From Phyllosticta citribraziliensis (Eukaryota): DNA of 64,000 bases. The position numbers and the translations under genes were made by a program. Below are positions 52,646 to 64,000 of the stretch, piece after piece. How positions within the stretch are numbered: the stretch's first letter is position 1; each line of letters begins with the position of its first letter. Below the pieces are notes generated by a model, which was not told the DNA's origin, did not search any database, and saw only the letters and a program-made list of their open reading frames with translations. The stretch is from positions 558,001 through 622,000 of the forward strand of contig NW_027117345.1 in the NCBI RefSeq assembly GCF_038025025.1. Reading direction: 5' to 3'.

Positions 52646-54190
52646 GATGCCTCGAGAGCCAGTGCAGGGCTTGGGCGATGTGTCGAGGGCTGGTCGGCGC
52701 GTGGGTTTAGGGTTTGGAAGATGAAGTCAATGGAGAGGTTGAATTGGATTCAAATCGCAGGCGGCGGATTATGTAATGGCGCTAGCCGAAGAGCAAGCTC
52801 TGGCAGGCACGCAGAAGAGAACGAAGGGCGTGTCGGAGGGCATTTTGGTCGCAAAAGCACAGTATTCAGACTCGTGGTTTAATGCAGATGTCTACACGGC
52901 GAGCCCAAGCTCAGGACGGCGTTGGGATGACGCGCCTGTCGGAGCTTGAGTTGTTCCTACACGGAGAATAGATTCTGCAGACCTGACCTGCCCTGGGCTG
53001 AGTCACGACGGAGCGGACTCGACGGCTCCGACAGCAACCAACACCTAAATACCTACCGTTGCACACGCCGTCGCTCGTCTCGCACCGTCTCGCCGATCCA
53101 GGGGCTGGAGGGCATGGTCAGGTGTTTGCGGCAGCACCCAGCGGAGCGCACAGCTGACCTGGAGGGTGACATGCAAAGCTTGACTCGGAGCGTCGAAGAG
53201 GTCGACCCAGCCGTCCTGTCAACCATCCGTACTGTACTATACATGTACGGACTGGAGGCCGGTGCGGTGGCTCGGGCGGCGTCGTCGACGATCAGCATGA
53301 GCTTGGCCTTGACCTTGACCTTGTCATCGTCGTCGTCGTCGCAATCGCCAAAGAAGCGGTGGGTTTTTCGACTGCACTGCAGCTTGCCGTGGCGCGTGAT
53401 GGTCGTGGGCGGCGGCGGCGGCGGCGGCGGCACGAGCACAGCCGTCACGGTCACGGTCACGGTGCACGCCAACGGTGGCTGTCCTCTGAGGTGCTGCTTG
53501 GGCGAGTGCGAGTGCGACGGGTTAGATACAGCTAGACGTAAAATATTAAGTGGTGGTGGTGGTGGTGGTGGTCGAGTGCCGTCCCTACGTAGCGCGGCCA
53601 CAGGCGGTCTAGCGCACTCTCCCCGAAAATTGCTGGCCCTGGCCCTGGCCCTTGGTGGCCCCCCCCCGGGGCGTCTCCGTCTCCGCTCTGCACTGGCTCT
53701 GGCTCTGGCCTGGCTACCTACCTACTTCTTCTGCTGGCCCGCTCCCTCCTCCATTCTTCATCCACCGAGAGGAACACCCTCCCATCGTCCACCTGTGCTG
53801 AAAGGCCCTACTCTTCTCCGAGTTGAACGCGTTACGGCCAGCGCCATCTGGTGCACGGCTCGGCCTCCTCTCCCCTCTCCTCTCTCTCTCTCTGCTCTGC
53901 TGTCTCTTCTCTCTCTCTCGCTCTCGGTCAACTCAACCCGTCTGCGCAGCCGCGTTTCATTGGACCTCTCTCTCTCTCTCTCCAACCTCAACACTCAACC
54001 TCGATCCTCTCTCCGGCGCCCGCTGAATACCCGTCGCAATCACCCTGCGCCTCATCAATCCTCCCCGCAATCCGTCCACTGACGTCGCTGCGCCCGTCCG
54101 GCCCCCGACCATCACCGCCGCTGCAACCACCCGACCACTCCCTCGAGAGCGTAGAGCAGACCGCCTCCGGCCTGTGCACTCTGTCCAAGG

Positions 54191-56013
54191 ATGCCTATTC
54201 TAAATGGCGAGAAATACGCCTGTGAATCTTGCATCAAAGGCCATCGCGTCAGCGGCTGCACGCACTCAGGTAAACCCCTCCTCCAGCCTCCGTGACGCCC
54301 GTCTGTCCTGTGTGTCTCGTGTCGCCTCGCCTTCTTTACGCTGTGCGCACCTCTAACCCAGGGACTCGTACTTATCCTCGTCTTTCGCGCACCGCCGTCC
54401 TTGATTTTCGCGCATCGCAGTCGGAGCGAGCTCAGGCAAGCAGCGTATCATGCGTAGAACGAGACTCTGACAGGCAGACAGATCGTCCACTGAAGCACAT
54501 CAATCCAAAGGGCCGCCCTGTCAAGCAATGCGAGCACTGTCAGAAAGCTCGCAAGAACAAGTCTCATCACGCTCGCTGCGACTGCGGTCCGAAGAAGGAC
54601 AAGACCAAGGCGGAAAAGGCTGCCCATGAGAGCGAGAACCACCACGACGGCTCCGTCAACCTCGGCTCCTCGTTGAACTTTGCCGCAAACTCGACCGGAT
54701 GCAAGTGCCATTCGGGCGAAAAGTGCATTTGCGGCATCAAAAAGGAGCCTGGCGACCTCAAACTCGACACGGGCTTCCCCAAGACCGGAGCACTCCTGAA
54801 CAAGAACAAGCCGCGGCTCACGTCCGCCCATTCGGAAACGACTCTGACAGTCTTTGCCAATGGCCACCACAAGCCCTGCCATCGGATGAACAACATGGCT
54901 CACACTTCGGGCGCTCCGTACAAGATTCCGCGTCACAACACGCACCATGGCTCTGTCCACCGCTCCCACGACAACCTCGCAGAAGTGTACAGCAAGTCCA
55001 TGGATCCCGCGCGCCGTTCTGTTGACAGCCTGAACCTCACAAACTCCACATTCAACTTCTTCCCACAGCAGACAAACTCCGAAAGTGTCCCCATTACTCC
55101 CTTGGCCGCTGGCTTGGACAACGACAACGCCGCTTATGACCCGTCCAAGTATGCTTTCGACGCACAGCAGCAGACTGCGTTCGCCAAAATGATTGCTGAA
55201 ACCACCATGGCTCCCAGCGCCACCGTGTCAGAGAGTATGCCGGTCAATCAATATCCCTGGATGAACAATGTCTTCCAGGGACAGCAGTACGGCATGGACA
55301 GCATTTCCACCTCTCCAACTGGAGACCTAACGCCCGAGTACGACTTCAACAATTTGTCCTCTGCCGCGGCCGACATACACCACAATCCTTACCCGTGGTC
55401 CGCTGGTGACCTGCCCCTTGACCCCAACAAGCTGTCCGACTCTCTCCAGCCCGTTTCCCACAGCGGAGAGTCCAACAGGCAGAGTGTTCCCGGTATGACG
55501 ACCTCGTCTTCTGGCGCACAGTCTGAAGTCGGGGAACCCGCCCTGTTTGGCGATTTGGATCTTTCCAAGATACCTCAACAGCCTTCGTTTGGCGAACCTC
55601 CTGCGTACCAGCTTGGCTCTGCTGCCGTCAGCCAACAGGACCTCCACCAGCAAATGCCCAATCCCATCAATAACAGCAGCCATCGTCAGTCATTGGATCT
55701 CAGTTATCTGAGCAGTTCCAACAGCACCGCTGTCGGTCAACAGGGCATGGACGTCTTTGGGACCAGCGCGCTGGATGATCCGTCCTTGTTTCAGACTGCT
55801 GCCACCACGGGATCCTCCGGCTTCAACGAGGGCAATTTCGCTACGACGGCTGACTTTGCCGTCACGCTGAACAGCTCTCAAGGCGGTATGAGCACGACCG
55901 CCGACGACACTGCTTGGATGGACCTGCTCAGCGGGGGACTCAATGTCAATAGCTTTTCTGTCCCGATCGATCCCATGAACGGTCGTACTGGAGAGTTCCC
56001 CCCATGGTTATAG
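54191..56013 (+). CDS. Copper-fist transcription factor (Ace1/Haa1/AceA-type), 536 aa; exons 54191-54269, 54482-56013
   Basis: Spliced N-terminus MPILNGEKYACESCIKGHRVSGCTHSDRPLKHINPKGRPVKQCEHC..CDCG..CKCHSGEKCICG. Intron GTAAAC..CTGAC..CAG. The first exon is absent from the ORF track. Confidence 0.93.
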
Positions 56014-59000
56014 CATTAAATGAGCCCGACAAGCTGCCAAGAGGTCGGATTTAAAACGTGCCGTGCCGCTGCTCGCTGTTTTACGCCCATTTTCCGGACA
56101 CATCAAAGTTTCGCAAAGTAGCTTCGTCAGTCCTGGTCCGCCAGAGCAAACCCGACCCTTGCCTCAGCATCATCTAGGTAGTCCCCGATTCTTCATCTTT
56201 TCTTTTGTCGGTTTCATTGAGAGATATCCTTTACGACGCCATGACAAATGACGCTGTAGATGCGATGATACCTCCTCCACCGCGCCAGTCACTCGTTTAG
56301 TCACAATCAGCACGCTTGCCACCAAAACCGTCAAGGCACCCTGCGAGAAAAAAGCAACAAATTCGGAGCTGCCATGTTCTGATGCACTGAATCAGCCTGC
56401 TTTTTTGCAAGGCACACCACTATCGCGTAGATCAAGCCTGACTTTCTTTGCCACCTTTTCGGTCACCTTCAATTCTTCAGGCGGAGAGTGGAGACTGCTA
56501 TTCTGTTTCGCTTCTTGGCGACTCTTTTCCCCGTTGAGTACAGCATCGCTACTGCTTTTTCATGTAGATATCAGTTCGCTTTGGAGGAGGGACATTTTGG
56601 CTTTTTTTCTTCCCCGCTTTTTTTCGTTTTGGTGTGGCATATAATGGAGTCAAAAGTATAGAGGGTGGTATTTTGGATCTTCAGCAAATATGCATTCCTT
56701 GTTCAACAGTGATTCGTGCGTCGCCTCTATTCTGTCGCCGTGCGGAAGCTCTTGAACAAGGTTTTGTAGATGGGGGTTGGGAGGAGGGTCGTATGGACAA
56801 AAGGACAGCATTGAAGTCGCTGGTAAGACTGCGCGTCTCTCGTTTCACCACTTTTTTTTTTCTTCTCTTTTGTCAAACACGATAAAAGTACACTCTGGTT
56901 CCGCCGTAACTTTGCGGCAGTGAACATTTACATCCATAGCTCATCTACACACCTATCAATACTTTCCTTTGTTTTCCATTACTACCGTTAACATTACTGG
57001 GGTGGTGGGCGGACGATTGGTAAATGAGGCTGACTGGCCGAGGCACACTTACTGCCTTGAGGTAAGGTACCGATTAGCTAGCCAGCCAGCCAGAAAGCCA
57101 GAAAGCACAGCCTCCCCCTACCTTGCTTCACGAGCGAGCGAGCGAAAGTCGAGGTAAGGCGAGCGGACAGCAGCAGTGCAGTCGCAGCACTGTCCTGCGA
57201 CCGTTTCAATCATCCACCCACCCCCTATCCCCTATCCTTTTTCTCGTTCTCGTTCAAACGCGCCGTTGACCGCTGTTTCATGGCCGTCATGATTGGGGGT
57301 GGCGGTGTTGCGTTCGTTCGTTCGTTCGTCGGTCGTGCTTGCTGCTTGCTTGCTCGTCCGCGCTCTGAGCTGCGCTGCGCTGAGCTGCGCTGCGCTCGCC
57401 TCGCCTCCGAGCCGGAGCCGTCCACACTTCGCTGGCACACTTCGCTGGACTACGCACCCTTCCTTCTGGGAGGGTGCGTGTGTAGGTAGGTCGACCACAG
57501 TGCGAGGCCCGCTCGATCATTGCTCGTCGCCCAAACGTTTGACAACGGCCGGGCGGCCAGCCGGCTTCTGCCCCTGACTAGGAAATGGCAGATGGATGGA
57601 CAGCCACCTCGGCCGACGTTGTGGCACGCACTGTTTGTGCCGTGTGTGTGTGTGCCTACCCCTGGACAGCGTAGCGTAGCGTCGCGGGCGAGCAAGCAGC
57701 CATCACCACAACCACCGTCGCCGCCACCGCCGTTGGCAGATGGACAGGCAGGCAGGTAGTCGAGTCCAGCCCGACCCAGCCCGGCCGGCCAGCCAGCCAG
57801 CCAGCCAGGCACATGTCTCGTGCTATTCTGGAACAGCAGGGCCGTGGTTGTGATAGAGTGTGGTAGCGCAGTGGTAGCGCAGTGGTAGGGCTGTGGTCGT
57901 GGGCCAGCCACAGACAGCCACAGTTGAGGCTTGTTTGGGGTATTTTTGACTGGCTGGCTGGTTGGGGCGTGACGCTAAGGTGATGGTTTTGTCCTGGGTG
58001 GGAAGAGGACTGGTTGGACTTTGTTTGGTCGTTTGCTGCGACGACGCCGAGGGCAACGATGCTGATGATGGTGGTGAGGGGTCTTGGAGTGGATGGCTGT
58101 GATGGTGATGGTATGGTGATGGTGTGCTCGCTTGACTGCTGCTCTGCGAGTGTCTTCTTTTTCTGCTCTCCTCATTGATATTTCCTTCAGACTTGCTGCT
58201 TCGTCGTTGCCTTCTCGCCGGACAACTGAGAACTCCCAGTTCCAGTCTGCCGCGGAATGTGCGATGCCCATTCACCTATCCAGCCATTCTAGGCACTTCG
58301 TCCAGCCAATCGTCTTTCTCTGATTTTGCGGGCTTTTTGCCTTGCCAGATACGCCAGGCAAGAAAGAAAGGTGTGCCTGCGTTTTACTCTCATCTTGCAA
58401 ACCTGTTTGTCAACCCATGCTCCGCCATGCACTCGTCGACAGCAGCCCCACCACCACCACCACCACCACCACCACATCAACAACCCCGTACCTCCCCACG
58501 CTCCTTGCAAGCAATGACACCATTACCCATCATACCCATCTACTTGCAGCAACCCACCGACTCGCGGACGAGCTCGACTCATGCACTCGCCGGCTGTCGG
58601 AGATAGCTCGGGGAAGGGCACGCAGACATTGAGGAGGGAGGTGTTGCGCTGGCCGTTGGGAGAGGCAGCAGTCGCCCACGCCCACGCCATATCGACGCAA
58701 TGCACGCGGCGCCATGTACGATTGATCGGATCGCATCGAGGTGGGAGTTGTGTGTCGGACCCGCGGGTGGTTGTGGTGGCGTTCTAGCCGGTGCTGGCTG
58801 TTTGCGTTGTGACGTCGGCTGCGGGGAATAGGAAGAGGAGGGAATGGGAAGAGGAGGGAATGGGACAGAGAGGGAGAGGGAGAGAAATGGCGGTACGATA
58901 TCTTGGATGGCGAATCTTCTGCTTGTGGGGACAGGTAGGGAAGGAAGAGGAGATGCAGTATTTCGGAGGGGTTTTTTCTTTTCATCACTCGTCTCCCTCC

Positions 59001-59619
59001 ACCGTTGCGTTCAATCCATCCGTGGATCTGGTGTCCTAGAAGTCTGCCGCAACTGCCCGACTTTGAATATTGTGAGTGATTGGAACGCTGAATGATGACA
59101 GTCATCACGAAGAAAAAGAGAGTAAAGGAAAGAGCAAGGACCAGTGGAGAAGAGGAGAGAAGGTCGTGTCCCTTTCTCGGCGAACATGAGGTTGTTCAAG
59201 TCCAGCAAAGAGGCATCTATTCACATCAGCCTGTGAGCCTTGGCGATTCGGTCTTGGTGCTGTCGTTGTCACAAAGGGCTGTCGTTGCACAGAATGGTTT
59301 CGTTGGCCCAATCGCCTTTGTTCGGGCGCACTTGAACAACAGAACAACACTGTGACGCAACCAGCTCTCGCCAACCCCAAGCTGATAAATTGAGAATGCA
59401 TGCCACTTTCCATGACACCGGCATTGTTATGGCTTACGCGACTCGGACGTGGTGATGTGGCATATGTTGTTTTCGGTCACCAAGCAAGCTCCCGCAAACG
59501 CTTCAGTCGCGCTCCCGACTTGAATAAGTACCTCAGTCTCTCCACAGTCGCCCATGGTCTAGCATACTAGTAGAATCATTCGAACACTGCGGTCCTCTTC
59601 TCCATTCGAAGACACGGAC

Positions 59620-61212
59620 ATGGAGCAACACCAAGAGGCAGTCAAGAAGGTGGCGGAGAAAGTCAGGTCATTCCACGAGCGCCAGATCCCCTTCCGCGTC
59701 TATCATGGCTGGACAAACAGCACACGGCACGTAGGCTACGACGCGGAAAAGGTCGTCGACACGAGCGCCCTCTCGCACGTCATCTCTATCGACTCGACAG
59801 CATGCACAGCCATCGTCGAGCCCAACGTGCCCATGGACAAGCTGGTCGCGGCCACGCTGGAGCAGGGCTTCGTGCCACAGGTCGTCCCCGAATTCCCAGG
59901 CATCACAGTCGGCGGCAGCTTCTCGGGCACGGCGGCTGAGAGCTCATCGTTTAAGTACGGATACTTTGACCGCAGCGTCAATTGGGTCGAGATGGTGCTG
60001 GCGACGGGGCGGCTGGTCACGGCCTCGCCGCATGACAACGCCGACCTCTTTTACGGCGCGGTCGGTGCGTGTGGGACCCTCGGCGTGACGACGCTCTTTG
60101 AGATCAAGCTCATTCCTGCGGCCAAGTACGTCCAAGTGACGTACGTGCCAGTGTACTCGACGAAGGCGGCACTCGAAGAGATTGACCGCCGCACCAGGGA
60201 GTCTTGGGACTATATTGACGGCATTCTATACTCGGCGACCCTAGGCGTCATTGTCCTGGGACGCATCACGGACGGGCAAGAAGCGCTTCAGGGGGGCGTT
60301 CCAGTCCGCCGCTTCGCGCGCGCTCGCGACCCCTGGTATTACATGCACTGCCACTGTCAAGTTGCGCACCTGCGAGACACCCACTGCGATACGTGCATGA
60401 TCTCGGGGAGCCGCAATCCCCTGGAGGCCATGGACGACAAGCCAGTGACGGAGCTGGTCCCCATGCACGACTACTTCTTCCGCTACGACCGCGGCGCCTT
60501 TTGGATGGGCAGCTTTGGCTGGCCGCCCAAGCTGTTCAACCGCCTGACGCGCTTCCTGGCCGACCCGCTGTTCCGCACCCGCCAGATGTACAAGGCCATG
60601 CACCTCAGCCGTCGCGCGCAGCAGTTTATTGTTCAGGACCTGGCGTTGCCGCGCGAGGGCGCCGAGGAGTTTCTCGCTTGGTCTTACGACGCTTTGGCCC
60701 TTTTCCCGCTGTGGTTGTGTCCGGTCGATGCGAACACGAAGGCGCCGCTGCACCGGGCGAAGCGACAGTTGAGTAGACAGCCGCAGCCGACGAGCAGATC
60801 CGCGGAGAAGAACACCGAGGATCAAAGCCAGATCACCATCAACATCGGCCTGTGGGGCACCAATCAATCGTACCCCGTTGTGCAAAAGAACATTGAAGCA
60901 AAATGGAAGTGGACTCCGCAGCTGTTCGAGCAGACTGTTGCCGACAGCCGCGCCATCGAGGCCAAGGTGTATCAGCTGGGAGGCTTGAAGTGGCTGTACG
61001 CGCACAACTACTACACCGAGGACGAGTTCTGGAATGTCTACGACAAGCAGAGGTACAGTCAGTTGCGGGCCAAGTGGGACGCGGGCACGCTGCCAACGCT
61101 GTGGGACAAGATGAAGAACACTCAGACCTTTGAGAAGGATGGCAACTTTGCTAAGGCGGCGTTTTTGACGTTGTTTGGGAGGGAGCACTTGCTGAAGAAG
61201 ACGGCGAGATGA
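59620..61212 (+). CDS. FAD-binding oxidoreductase, Delta(24)-sterol reductase (DHCR24/DWF1)-like, 530 aa, intronless
   Basis: VEPNVPMDKLV, VVPEFPGITVGGSFSGTAAESSSFKYG, DLFYGAVGACGTLG and KWLYAHNYYTEDEFW..Y..LRAKW. Confidence 0.88.
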   Translation: MEQHQEAVKKVAEKVRSFHERQIPFRVYHGWTNSTRHVGYDAEKVVDTSALSHVISIDSTACTAIVEPNVPMDKLVAATLEQGFVPQVVPEFPGITVGGSFSGTAAESSSFKYGYFDRSVNWVEMVLATGRLVTASPHDNADLFYGAVGACGTLGVTTLFEIKLIPAAKYVQVTYVPVYSTKAALEEIDRRTRESWDYIDGILYSATLGVIVLGRITDGQEALQGGVPVRRFARARDPWYYMHCHCQVAHLRDTHCDTCMISGSRNPLEAMDDKPVTELVPMHDYFFRYDRGAFWMGSFGWPPKLFNRLTRFLADPLFRTRQMYKAMHLSRRAQQFIVQDLALPREGAEEFLAWSYDALALFPLWLCPVDANTKAPLHRAKRQLSRQPQPTSRSAEKNTEDQSQITINIGLWGTNQSYPVVQKNIEAKWKWTPQLFEQTVADSRAIEAKVYQLGGLKWLYAHNYYTEDEFWNVYDKQRYSQLRAKWDAGTLPTLWDKMKNTQTFEKDGNFAKAAFLTLFGREHLLKKTAR

Positions 61213-61358
61213 GGTCATAACGTCGTGGATTGTATCTCAAGCGCAAAGTGATATCGATACCTGAGGCTATCCTATGCTATGCAAAGACCAAAGCTTACTT
61301 CGACAAGCTTAACCAGAAGCTTACCATCAATGCCAAACACATTTATATACTTCGCACC

Positions 61359-62303
61359 TCAGTTTGAACAGCCCGAGATCCCAGTCAACTCCTGGGGGCA
61401 TTCGACTTGAGCGTAATCGACCTTTTTCATGTTGATGTTTCCTACCCCAGTCAGCTGTGCGTGTGTACCCCTGATTCTTCCAGACTTACCTCCGCCCCAG
61501 GTCCAGCGCCATTTGCAACCCTCTTTCAGGCTTGCGGGCAACTGGTTACATGCATCCGGAGACTGCACGCCGCCGTACTGCTTGCCCCAGCCCTTGTTGG
61601 GCGCGCCATACTGCTTCGAGCACGCATCGGCATAGTCGCCGACACCTCCACCCGGCTGCGCATAGAGTGTTAGCTTTGACAAGCAGGGAGCATGATTGCC
61701 CAAGCACTCACGGTGTAGATGTCAAAATCGTCCGGCGACGGCAAGCCACCCGAATTGACAGCCTGCACAATCATCGACTTGCCCTGCGCTGGCCCATCCG
61801 TCCACGTAAACTGGTAGCACTTGCAGCACACATCGGCGCTCTTGGCGCCGTGGCCCGCAAAGCCGTACGAGAACGTCTCGTTGACGACCTTGGGCTGGAA
61901 GTCTGCGCACGAATACGCCGTGCCGCCCTGGCACACGCCCTGCGCGTTGACTTCCTTGAGCGGCGAGTTGTCCTTGGCGCATGCTTTGACAGACCCCTTG
62001 GCGCCAGCCTTTTTTGCAATCGATGGCCAGCCGCACGCTGGCTTGCAGCAGTCCCAGGTCGTTGTCGTTGTGCTGTTGGCTTGCTGTTAGGAGAGAGGCT
62101 GGCGGCTGGGTGGATGGGACAGGGGGTGTGCGTTGCAGCGCTTACCCGGGTTTGCTCTGCGACTTGACCTGGACTCCTTTGCCTTGGTTTGGTCCCCCTG
62201 GCCCGCGGAGCCCCCCTGGCGACGGCTCGCCCACATCGCCTTGGCTCACCGCGGCGGCGTACGTCCCCACGGCTGTGGCAAGAAGTAAAAAGAAGGACTT
62301 CAT
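61359..62303 (-). CDS. Secreted GH45 endoglucanase-like protein without CBM, 255 aa; exons 62303-62146, 62072-61712, 61655-61490, 61441-61359
   Basis: Signal peptide, TTTTWDCCKPACGW, CCKCYQFTWT, MIVQAVNSG, FDIYTPGGGVG, WGKQYGG, GCKWR and VECPQELTGISGC. Three canonical introns give 768 nt. Confidence 0.9.
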
Positions 62304-64000
62304 AATGAACAGGGAAGGAGCGACAAGAATATGATCAAACTGAAGGAGCCGTAAAGACAGTAGCGATGTATTGGAAAGATTCGGATTCGCGTCGCAAAGG
62401 TAAGGTTATTATGCCCAAGGAAAACCGTCCTATGAAATTTGCAAGTGATCTCCTTTAAATTCCCTTGGCGTGAGTCTTAGTAACATTGTTGTGGCTGAAG
62501 AGAAGTGTTTCGAGGCTCGCTGCAGCTGTTTTGGCTAAACATGCTACCGAGTGTGGCACGCAGCCGCACTGCCACTGGTACCTTGTCGACGCGATCAAAT
62601 GAAGCCTCGCAACGTCTTCCTTAGTTGCTCAGGGACAGCCAGGAGAGCCAAATCGAACCTGTTATTGGAAGCTGGTGGACAACAACACCTGAGACGACAT
62701 GAACGACGGACGACTTTCCGTCAAGCATTGTTTCGAGTGCCCTACTCAGGGTTGGTTTCTTCTCAGAATCTATGGACCAACTATGTTCGCCTGTTCTTTT
62801 GTTCAGCAAGCATGGATCCTTGTACCACCGTCACATCGGTGTCTGCTACGGCGATCAAACGTGTCCGCCGCAGTCAATCACTGTACTTGGGGCTCAAAAT
62901 ACTCCAGTGCCGCATGATCGCCGTTCAGAAGCGCAGCGCTTGTTCTGGACGTTGAATGCTGCGCAGGCAGATGGTCTTTTTCGGTGTTTCTGCAGCTAAA
63001 AGGAGATCATGTACCGCGAAATTGGACCGAGCTTGTCTGTCGTGGGCGAAATGCGATCATTATACGAAAGAGAGGCGGCTCAGACCCTTGAAACTGTGTT
63101 TCCATTTAGCTTACATGCATGATCCTTTCCCATCGTTTCGATCCATGACGTCAGTCGCGAACATGTGTCAATGCGACTCGGCAGTTGGCTGGAGCGAGCT
63201 GTTGATCAAGCCGGACAAGTTGAGGCCGCATGAAGGTGCGGAGGTTAGCAGAACTGTTCGAATTCTGGCAGTGGCTATTTTCGTCATTCAGAGTAACCGT
63301 TCCGGAAGTAAAGTAGATTGCCGGGCGCGTGGGATGGTGCGGAGTATAGAGCGGGTCCAACCGTCTGATGATGGCCGCCTGAACGCTTAACTGGAGTCGA
63401 TCGATGGTAGGCTGATCAAATGCTGAATAACCCCAGTCGACGCCGTAAGTCACTGCCGAGTGTTGAAGCACGAAAGTTCCTCATGTTCCGCCGCCATGTT
63501 GGGTCGTGGAGGGGGGCAAAGAATTGATGACTGGACGAGCATCAGGGGAACCGCCGGAGCTTTATTATTTTTATCAATCATTTTTTGCATAAGACTTACA
63601 AACTGGGGGCGTCTTTGCTTCCCCAACAACCCATTACTACCGTTCAAACTCCAAGCTCCAGCCACAGCCCTGACCGCCTTCCCGGTATAAACTGAACCAC
63701 GGCACTGCTCAATCAAAGAAATCGATAGCCGGTACGGATCGTGATGCGCAATGGAGCGGGCCGCCGAGACCCTGAGATCGTCGCTCGTTCGGTGGTTCCG
63801 ATGACCACTAGAAGCAATCTTAAATCAACGACAATGCTTGCAGGTTGTTGAACGTCATGGATTTCGTTATGAGGAGGTTTTGGCCCCAAAACATTGGACC
63901 ATGGCAGCACGCTGCCAGCCAACAGTTTTATCTGTTGTGTCGGCGACAAGACCTCTTTTCAGGTTCTGTCTGCTCTTTCAATGGCTCGTTCGGACAAGAT

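Noticed and set aside
52946..54082. 378-aa ORF between the two TF genes
   Set aside because: TTG start, low-complexity repeat-derived sequence, lies in promoter/5'UTR DNA.

Overview
Gene-dense, GC-rich, microsatellite-rich window from a filamentous ascomycete (Pezizomycotina, inferred from short GT-AG introns with CTRAC branch points and from gene content). I rebuilt 15 conventional protein genes by hand, and every spliced CDS sums to a whole number of codons: an SDR, LEU4, peroxisomal acyl-CoA thioesterase TES1, the CPS1/DIP2-type adenylating protein, NOT4, the complex I 30-kDa subunit, a CorA-like protein, glucoamylase (GH15-CBM20), a second atypical SDR, a ~2,180-aa coiled-coil protein, STE20, a Zn2Cys6 TF, a copper-fist TF, a DHCR24-like oxidoreductase and a GH45 endoglucanase. 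The best new observation is a 48-codon ORF missing from the ORF track (29555-29701). It has a TATA-like box, a good start context, a Cys cluster and a terminal CAAX box (CTVM), so it may be an a-class pheromone precursor or a prenylated metal-binding microprotein. Also notable: NOT4 has two in-phase donors plus intron read-through (three possible isoforms); the Zn2Cys6 gene needs a GC-AG intron; and the coiled-coil protein carries 38-aa and 45/46-aa repeat arrays. I found no tRNA, rRNA, CRISPR array or transposon. All calls come from reading the sequence and recalled family motifs; no database searches were run.
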